Shown: positions 35,376 to 40,645 of the stretch, piece by piece
Numbering within the stretch: the first letter of the stretch is position 1
How the letters are laid out: every line of letters starts with the position of its first letter
IMG/VR virus record: IMGVR_UViG_3300028840_000558
Origin: a virus
Direction: 5' to 3' (one strand)
DNA length: 40,645 bases
The notes under the pieces: model-generated
Databases searched by the model: none
Told to the model about the DNA's origin: nothing
Seen by the model: the letters and a program-made list of their open reading frames with translations, nothing else
Position numbers and translations under genes: made by a program

Positions 35376-35897
35376 TCAAAGCAGGAACGGATTGATTAAA
35401 TCGGTTTCTTCAATGCTTTTTATCCAATCTACATCCTCATCAGTTAATTGAAACCATTCTCCAAATACACACTTGCCAGCAAACATCTGATGTAAAATTT
35501 TTTCAAGTTCGGAGCACCTCTTTGAGCGGATTTTATGGATCAACATTAAACTAGAGTTTCCCGTAGATGATTGCAGAGCATTAAGACGCTTGCGAATATC
35601 AGTAGTCATTCCAATTTTATATAAATTACGTTCGCAATCTTTGATTAGATAAACATATCCAATGCGTCGTCTTACACCCTTGAAATCATCAAGCAATCCA
35701 AGTTTCTCTAGTTCTGCCACATCGCGTTCAATATTTTCTAGCGACTTATGAGTATAAAAAGCTAGGTCTTCGGAAGTAACCAACTCTTCTTTCCAAGAAA
35801 ATACTAAACAAATTTCAACGAATGTTCGCCACAGCCTGTCGCTCAACGTACCAATTTTGTAGTTATTTAATATATGATGATTAATTACGAGTTTCAT
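35376..35897 (-). CDS. T5orf172 (GIY-YIG-like) domain protein with an N-terminal winged-helix-like region
   Basis: GYVYLIKDCERNLYKIGMTTDIRKRLNALQSS...ELEKILHQMFAGKCVFGEWFQL. Confidence 0.6.
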   Translation of the reverse strand: MKLVINHHILNNYKIGTLSDRLWRTFVEICLVFSWKEELVTSEDLAFYTHKSLENIERDVAELEKLGLLDDFKGVRRRIGYVYLIKDCERNLYKIGMTTDIRKRLNALQSSTGNSSLMLIHKIRSKRCSELEKILHQMFAGKCVFGEWFQLTDEDVDWIKSIEETDLINPFLL

Positions 35898-36019
35898 TCC
35901 GCTCCTTACGCAAACACCCGCTCACCACCATTTCTGTTAGCTGCTAGGGCACACAGGACTGGGTAGATGAGCGGGTATTCGCACAGAAACATAAATCCTG
36001 CGTGCAACCTAGCCCCACA

Positions 36020-36028
36020 ATTATACCA
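36020..36028 (-). promoter_or_regulatory. Extended -10 element TGGTATAAT (second copy of the motif seen at 17928..17936)
   Basis: The minus strand reads TGGTATAAT. There is no convincing -35. A leader of about 120 nt with a 9-bp hairpin (ACCCGCUCA...UGAGCGGGU) precedes the T5orf172 gene. Confidence 0.4.
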
Positions 36029-36037
36029 CAGGTTGAA

Positions 36038-37153
36038 TTATATACCGGCGGCATGTTCAATTATCCTCCTGCCAACCCACTCTGCGACCTGCGGCACTAC
36101 GGCGTTGCCTAGTCCTCTAAGTCGGTCCACCCGAGCGGGAACTTTTGTGGCTATACGAGGGATGCCATCTTCCCAACTGGATATTTCCCAATTCGTCTTC
36201 CCGTCGAATGCCAAAAATCGTGACACGGTTTGCATAGAGTTTGAATGTTCTCTGCTAAATTGTTCTGAATCCTCTGGTCTATATGATGAGCCTGCAAATC
36301 CAAGCATGAGCCGCACGCCTCGCATTTCGTCTTCAAGTGCTTCCGGGCACGCCACGAATATCCGTGCTTGGTCAATGTCTGGCGCGTGTTCGCACACGAA
36401 AGCGAACAAAACCTCCGCTGCTTGAAGGCGGTCAAGTCCTCCAGTCGCTTTCCGTATCGCTTCCGCACCATTTCCTCGCCACAACTCTCGCAATATTTTG
36501 GTTGCTCTTTTACTCTCTTCATAACTCATTCCTTTTCCGATATGTCGCTCCAACCATGAGGGAAACCCATCAGACCTTCTACCCACGCCGGGTTCAACTG
36601 ACCACCAACTTCGCTTGATAGAGGAGGCGAATGATTCCCGTGGTCTGTTCCTGTTCCGCTCCTGTAGTCTCGTTCTGTCGGTGTCGGCCACAATGAAGAT
36701 CCGTTCTCGTCTGTGCGGGGCATCGAAGGCGCAAGCTGGAATATTAAATGTCCAGCAGGTGTAGCCTTCACTTTCCAGGTCAGATAGCACCTGGTCGAGA
36801 TAGGTGGTGACGATTCCAGGAACGTTCTCGGCAAGGACGTATCGCGGTCTTGCCTCTCTAATAATCCGGATAAATTCTGGCCAGAGATTGCGGTCATCTG
36901 CTGCGCCTCGTCGCTTCCCGGCGACACTGTGAGGCTGGCAAGGGAATCCTCCAGCAATAAGATCAACTGGTTCGAGGTTCCGTTTTCCACACTTTCTGAC
37001 ATCTCTGTACCTCCTAACCTCCGTCCAATGCTTCTCCAATACTTTTGTGCAGTAGTTGTCAAGTTCGACCTGCCACAGGCACGTCATTCCAGCGCGCTCA
37101 AGCCCCAGGTCAATGCCTCCTATCCCCGCGAACAGCGAGCCGAAGGTCATCAT
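36038..37153 (-). CDS. DNA (cytosine-5) methyltransferase, with an uninterrupted 371-codon frame across a nested HNH gene
   Basis: Motif I FAGIGG, IV GGFPCQPHS, VI LAENVPG, VIII APHRRERIFIV, X GLGNAVVPQ. About 130 codons between motifs VIII and X have no recognisable motif. Confidence 0.7.
   Translation of the reverse strand: MMTFGSLFAGIGGIDLGLERAGMTCLWQVELDNYCTKVLEKHWTEVRRYRDVRKCGKRNLEPVDLIAGGFPCQPHSVAGKRRGAADDRNLWPEFIRIIREARPRYVLAENVPGIVTTYLDQVLSDLESEGYTCWTFNIPACAFDAPHRRERIFIVADTDRTRLQERNRNRPRESFASSIKRSWWSVEPGVGRRSDGFPSWLERHIGKGMSYEESKRATKILRELWRGNGAEAIRKATGGLDRLQAAEVLFAFVCEHAPDIDQARIFVACPEALEDEMRGVRLMLGFAGSSYRPEDSEQFSREHSNSMQTVSRFLAFDGKTNWEISSWEDGIPRIATKVPARVDRLRGLGNAVVPQVAEWVGRRIIEHAAGI
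36151..36522 (-). CDS. HNH endonuclease (homing-type), nested out of frame inside the methyltransferase ORF
   Basis: CESCG...CEACGSCLDLQAHHIDQRIQNNLAENIQTLCKPCHDFWH. AAGGAA RBS 6 nt upstream of the ATG. Confidence 0.8.
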   Translation of the reverse strand: MKRVKEQPKYCESCGEEMVRKRYGKRLEDLTAFKQRRFCSLSCANTRQTLTKHGYSWRARKHLKTKCEACGSCLDLQAHHIDQRIQNNLAENIQTLCKPCHDFWHSTGRRIGKYPVGKMASLV

Positions 37154-38154
37154 CTCAACATCTCCTCATACACGTACCACGCGGGCTTCTTCATTCTTGC
37201 ATACGCCAGGTCGGAGTTGCGCCAACCGTTGCCGTAAAGCGTGTACCACAGCACGTGGTCAACCAGGTCTAAGTTGAATATATAGTGCGCGTAATCTGCC
37301 TGCGCCTTCTCGAATGAGCCGCCGCAGTCTCCGTCACAAAGTAAACTGGTCTCTGTAATCCAGATAGGTTTGTCCACGCCGTACCTGCGTAAAAAGTCAA
37401 GTTGTCTCAGCACTTGCTTGTAGTCCATCTTGGGGTATGTCAAGTATGAGTGAATTGAGTACACGTCATAGTTGGGTTGGGTCGATAACATCCCCTCGGT
37501 AAACTCTGCCTTTTTACTGAACGGGTCAAGAAGTGTCGCACCTGCCATGATGTAAACGCTGGGATGGTACGCATGTACGATGTTGTAGACATAATCCACG
37601 AACTCACCATACAGTTTGCCCGCCTGGAAATACGTCAACCTGTTCGGCCAACATCCCATCAGCGGGGAGTTCGGGTCAATGCCGCTCGCGTGCGTCTCGG
37701 GTTCGTTCCATATCTCAACCGCGTTGGGGTGATACCTGTCTATCACGCTGACAACGAACATTGCGTAGTCATAGTAGTAGTGTTCCGCGGGAGGAGAGCA
37801 AACATAACCCGCGTACTGCCTCGCCCAGGTGGGTGTAGTCTTGATGTTCAACACTAACGGATATGACTCAAGTGCGCGAATGTCAGCGTCAAGCTTTGAA
37901 GGCCAGTTTAGAACTCCGCGCTCTTCTTCAATCTTGTACCAGAACACCTGCCGCTCAACGGTAGATCCTGGTATGAGGTACGGTTGGTTGTAATCGGTCG
38001 CGCCTTCCAACTGGACGCCGACACGGTGCAGCGCGGGTCTTGACTTGATTGCGATTGGCATGAATATTTTATGCTCCTGTATTCCTAGTGGTTTTGTTGG
38101 TACACAAGAGACCATGATTACCGCCAGAATAAATAAAACCAGATATTTTCGCAT
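37150..38154 (-). CDS. Lipoprotein glycoside hydrolase, clan GH-A (beta/alpha)8-like
   Basis: Signal/lipobox MRKYLVLFILAVIMVSC. Acid/base-type VEIWNEPE and nucleophile-type IWITETS. I chose the start at 38154 so that the signal peptide is N-terminal. Confidence 0.6.
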   Translation of the reverse strand: MRKYLVLFILAVIMVSCVPTKPLGIQEHKIFMPIAIKSRPALHRVGVQLEGATDYNQPYLIPGSTVERQVFWYKIEEERGVLNWPSKLDADIRALESYPLVLNIKTTPTWARQYAGYVCSPPAEHYYYDYAMFVVSVIDRYHPNAVEIWNEPETHASGIDPNSPLMGCWPNRLTYFQAGKLYGEFVDYVYNIVHAYHPSVYIMAGATLLDPFSKKAEFTEGMLSTQPNYDVYSIHSYLTYPKMDYKQVLRQLDFLRRYGVDKPIWITETSLLCDGDCGGSFEKAQADYAHYIFNLDLVDHVLWYTLYGNGWRNSDLAYARMKKPAWYVYEEMLR

Positions 38155-38328
38155 GTCATAATAATTCCGGGCATGGGTGCCGCCGTTCCCATGCAATGAA
38201 GGACACTTGTTCTGGTATCAAAGATTGAAGTAGGATCTCTCCTTTAGTTCTCCACCGCAGGGTTAGGCGGCATCGTACTGCGGATCGTTGCGGGGTGGGA
38301 GCATACGCTTCTACCACGTACCGCTTAG

Positions 38329-38414
38329 TGGGGCGGGCAGGATTCGAACCTGCGGAAACCACGGTGGTATGATCAAAACTCCGCGCATTTCGTGCTCCAT
38401 AACGCCGCCGCCCC
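38329..38414 (-). ncRNA. tRNA-like element E1 (86 nt) without a canonical anticodon arm
   Basis: 7-bp acceptor GGGGCGG/CCGCCCC plus discriminator A. Canonical T arm GCAGG-UUCGAAU-CCUGC. D hairpin CGU-UAUGGAGC-ACG. I could not fold a 5-bp/7-nt anticodon arm. Confidence 0.5.
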
Positions 38415-38427
38415 ATGTCTGTATTGT

Positions 38428-38622
38428 TTATGAGATTTGTTGCTCATAACGCCCAAGCGCATCCATGGCTGTTAGCTCTGGAATTATCGTGTTGCTATAT
38501 TCCCCTTGTGTAGCGAAGGCGATCAACCGGATTGCGCAGAAATAAACAAGTCTCTTTGGCATCTTCCATGCCAGTTTCATCCAGAATTTTGCTATTAATC
38601 TTTGTATTACGCCATTTATCAT
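38428..38622 (-). CDS. Hypothetical protein, 64 aa
   Basis: AAAGGAGAA RBS. AT-rich. Confidence 0.5.
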   Translation of the reverse strand: MINGVIQRLIAKFWMKLAWKMPKRLVYFCAIRLIAFATQGEYSNTIIPELTAMDALGRYEQQIS

Positions 38623-38658
38623 TGCTATTCTCCTTTCAAATCCATCTTATCCTTCTAG

Positions 38659-38825
38659 TGGGGCGGGCAGGTAACGCTCCTGCCACCGTTTCCGCACCAC
38701 GAAGGGCTGAGTGATAACAAGGTATTTTTGCACTTATTCAACGGATCGCCTGCGGCTTACGTTCCGCGGGTTACACACATCAGATACGCTTCTGTGTGAA
38801 CGTGTCACTTCCACGCCGCCGCCCC
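38659..38825 (-). ncRNA. tRNA-like element E2 (167 nt), with the same termini as E1 and an expanded core
   Basis: 5' GGGGCGGCGGCG and 3' CCUGCCCGCCCCA are identical to E1. D-like hairpin CGUG-GAAGUGA-CACG and T-like hairpin GGCAGG-AGCGUUA-CCUGCC. Confidence 0.4.
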
Positions 38826-38829
38826 AAGT

Positions 38830-39087
38830 TCATTCGTTATCTTCTGGTAAACAGGATCTCTCAATAGGAATATTAATCACCGGATATACAGTACAAATTA
38901 TTCGAGCTTCACCTGACAATTCAATGACTTCACCAGATTTTGCCGGAATCACATCGTAGGTAATATATGTAACTCCATAAGGAATTTCAATAACACAAAA
39001 TGGCTGACCTTGATTGTCAGCAAGAGTTCGAGCCCGATTTATCGTATTATTTCTTAAACTCTCAACCGATTGTGTATATGCGCTCAT
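38830..39087 (-). CDS. Hypothetical protein, 85 aa
   Basis: TAGGAGA RBS. AT-rich. Confidence 0.5.
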   Translation of the reverse strand: MSAYTQSVESLRNNTINRARTLADNQGQPFCVIEIPYGVTYITYDVIPAKSGEVIELSGEARIICTVYPVINIPIERSCLPEDNE

Positions 39088-39335
39088 TGCAATCTCCTAT
39101 TATTTGTCTCTCCCTACCAGATCGGGAGAGACTCTCCTCTTTTCGCCCCGAAGGGCGGAGCCACTTTCTCGCCCCCATTTTGTCAGGACTAGGACAATCA
39201 CCTGACTGTAGCACCACCTCCGTTGCCTTTGGGTACTGTTAGCGTCGTTACCACACGTCCGAGGCCTGTCGTTTCATTCAATACGTGGCACGTTATCTCG
39301 GCCTTTTGTGGCTTGCCATTCCACCATAGGCTCTG
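39088..39335 (-). ncRNA. ORF-free, hairpin-dense 248-nt segment (structured leader or ncRNA)
   Basis: No ORF longer than 17 codons on the minus strand. Hairpins GCCC-UUCG-GGGC, GUCUCUCCC-N9-GGGAGAGAC and GUCAGG-N13-CCUGAC. Confidence 0.3.
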
Positions 39336-39452
39336 TGGGGCGGGCAGGATTCGATCCATATCATTGCTCCCGGTCTGGTCGGTGTCCAGGTCGGCGTGGC
39401 ACGCTTACGGGCGATCAACCCCAGCCAGACGCGTTACCCACGCCGCCGCCCC
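39336..39452 (-). ncRNA. tRNA-like element E3 (117 nt), with the same termini as E1 and an expanded core
   Basis: 5' GGGGCGGCGGCG, D-like hairpin GCG-UGGGUAA-CGC, long helix GUCUGG...CCAGAC, and a degenerate T region GGAUCGAAUCCUGCCCGCCCCA. Confidence 0.4.
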
Positions 39453-39456
39453 ATGA

Positions 39457-39627
39457 TTAAACATCGTTCATTTGAACGTGGATAAGTAACTCTCCCTCAA
39501 TGATTAATTCACACCCACAGTGGGGGCAATTTTCAATTTGCTTGTCCTCGAGATAATCCTCAATGTCTTTCGCAAGTTGAAAATCTCCAGCGCATTTAGG
39601 ACAAAACGTATATTCCCAGGTGTTCAT
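39457..39627 (-). CDS. Small zinc-ribbon protein, 56 aa
   Basis: Hand translation MNTWEYTFCPKCAGDFQLAKDIEDYLEDKQIENCPHCGCELIIEGELLIHVQMNDV. The GGAG RBS lies inside a fourth copy of the GGGGCGGCGG motif. Confidence 0.5.
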   Translation of the reverse strand: MNTWEYTFCPKCAGDFQLAKDIEDYLEDKQIENCPHCGCELIIEGELLIHVQMNDV

Positions 39628-39650
39628 CTATCCGCTCCGCCGCCCCATAA

Positions 39651-40361
39651 TTACTTTACCCACTTAGCATATACCTTGCCGCGGTAGCGCATTGCGGCGT
39701 ATTGGCAGTAGCCCAACACCATCCAGAGATCGTTGCCATCGGGGAATGAACTGCCTCGTACAAGACATATAACCTCGACCAATTCGCCTTTATTTAGGTG
39801 ATATGTAACAGGGTTAGCAGTTCCTGGTCCAGTACGTATATTCAGGAACGGGTCAGCGGTGATTTCCGCAACGGGCAACTCTGGAAACTGCGGTATTTCA
39901 ATCTCAACTGGTTCCGGTTCCTCGTCAATGCACTTGACCAGGTATGGAGCCGGGTCGATTGGCACTCCATCTTTACGAAGTTCAAAGTGCAGGTGTGGTC
40001 CGGTGCTATTGCCCGTGTTGCCCAAATAACCAACAAAATCTCCGGCTCTGACATCCTGACCTTCGTCAACGACAATATCTCTTAGATGGGCATAAATAGT
40101 CATAAAGTGAATGTTGTGAGCGATACGTACATGATAACCATAGCCAGTTTTAGCCCATCGCCTATCAGATACAACCCCATCAGCCGAGGCAAGTACGGTT
40201 GTTCCCATAGGAGCGCCAAAGTCAACCCCCCCATAGTAATAAACGCCACTCGGACATGGACCAGGCTTATGGCACCACCCATTCACCTTTGCCCACTTCA
40301 CATGCTCCGCAAACGTCTGTGTTATTGGAGCATTTGACGGGACTGGATATAAAAGTTTCAT
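39651..40361 (-). CDS. M23 peptidase with a C-terminal SH3-like domain (endolysin candidate)
   Basis: GGVDFGAP...GYHVRIAH...GNTGNSTGPHLHFELR. The C-terminus is LNIRTGPGTANPV...GELVEV. Confidence 0.8.
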   Translation of the reverse strand: MKLLYPVPSNAPITQTFAEHVKWAKVNGWCHKPGPCPSGVYYYGGVDFGAPMGTTVLASADGVVSDRRWAKTGYGYHVRIAHNIHFMTIYAHLRDIVVDEGQDVRAGDFVGYLGNTGNSTGPHLHFELRKDGVPIDPAPYLVKCIDEEPEPVEIEIPQFPELPVAEITADPFLNIRTGPGTANPVTYHLNKGELVEVICLVRGSSFPDGNDLWMVLGYCQYAAMRYRGKVYAKWVK

Positions 40362-40645
40362 TGTGTCTCCTTATCTTCTGGCATCCTCGTGTATTTATTT
40401 GTGATAATGCTCCGCAGGTTGGCATCCCGCAGGTCGGCATCCCGCAGGTCGGCACTCCGCAGGTCGGCATCCCGCAGGTCGGCATCCCGCAGGTCGGCAT
40501 CCCGCAGGTCGGCATACCGCAGGTCGGCACCCTGCAGGTTGGCACTCCGCAGGTCGGCATACCGCAGGTTGGCATACCGCAGGTCGGCATACCGCAGGTC
40601 GGCATACCGCAGGTCGGCACCCTGCAGGTTGGCACTCCGCAGGTC
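40358..40645 (-). CDS. C-terminal end of a pentapeptide-repeat protein (5' part off the right edge; probably the same gene as 1..606)
   Basis: Hand translation ...[26 protein letters not shown], with a TGA overlapping the lysin ATG (ATGA). The tail is nearly identical to that of protein A (607..655 vs 40362..40410). Confidence 0.8.
   Translation of the reverse strand, partial: DLRSANLQGADLRYADLRYADLRYANLRYADLRSANLQGADLRYADLRDADLRDADLRDADLRSADLRDADLRDANLRSIITNKYTRMPEDKETQ
40412..40645. repeat. 15.6 tandem 15-bp units, continuous with the array at 1..255
   Basis: Units were hand-aligned. The last 144 nt are identical to 1..144. Confidence 0.95.

Noticed and set aside
36121-36564. The HNH insertion as a group I intron or an intein.
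   Set aside because: The insert is about 400 nt and the HNH ORF takes up 372 nt of it, leaving no room for a ribozyme core. The HNH frame is out of phase with the methyltransferase and separated by stops, so it cannot be an in-frame intein.
38156-38416. An 86-aa ORF starting MGRRRYGARN.
   Set aside because: It begins inside tRNA-like element E1 and runs through a hairpin-rich spacer. It has no RBS, and its Arg-rich sequence is typical of GC-rich non-coding DNA.
38329-39452. The tRNA-like elements as attP copies of a host tRNA 3' end, or as a tmRNA.
   Set aside because: No integrase or recombinase ORF exists in the genome, and there are three full 5'+3' copies. The third acceptor pair is G-C rather than the G-U expected for tmRNA/Ala identity, and I saw no tag reading frame.

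Overview
The window appears to be a complete, circularly closed tailed-phage genome of about 40.5 kb. The first 144 nt (1..144) are identical to the last 144 nt (40502..40645). Every credible gene lies on the minus strand, and many neighbours are translationally coupled through ATGA or TAATG overlaps.

Gene order, read in the direction of transcription (descending coordinates):
- Early operon: starts at a perfect sigma70 consensus promoter (3363..3391). It contains a ribbon-helix-helix protein, micro-ORFs, zinc-ribbon proteins and RecT. These are followed by two tandem pentapeptide-repeat proteins, one of which spans the contig junction, and an M23+SH3 lysin.
- RNA region: three tRNA-like elements interleaved with small ORFs.
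- Modification and envelope genes: a lipoprotein glycoside hydrolase, then a C5 cytosine methyltransferase that carries an out-of-frame nested HNH endonuclease.
- Replication module: a T5orf172 protein, a DnaD-like protein, a radical SAM protein, DnaB and RusA. The first three sit in an AT-rich island.
- Small-gene array: includes a papain-like peptidase and membrane peptides.
- Membrane and accessory genes: holin-like membrane proteins, a metallophosphoesterase, and lectin-like and fibre-like proteins.
- Packaging and head: a ParB-methyltransferase fusion, TerS, TerL, portal, a MuF-like protein, and a protease-scaffold-capsid fusion.
- Neck and tail: a beta-helix protein, connector proteins, a 3-gene glycosyltransferase-like cassette, tail tube, the G/GT chaperone pair, tape measure, a tail-tip protein and two paralogous fibres. 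The module ends at an intrinsic terminator (3455..3491).

I found no integrase, repressor, DNA polymerase or CRISPR array.

The most unusual items are:
- the methyltransferase/HNH locus with long ORFs in two frames;
- the tRNA-like triplet;
- the tandem pentapeptide-repeat genes built from near-identical 15-bp units;
- the glycosyltransferase-like cassette inside the tail operon;
- the AT-rich radical SAM island.

All functional calls come from motif recognition by eye. No database search was possible.
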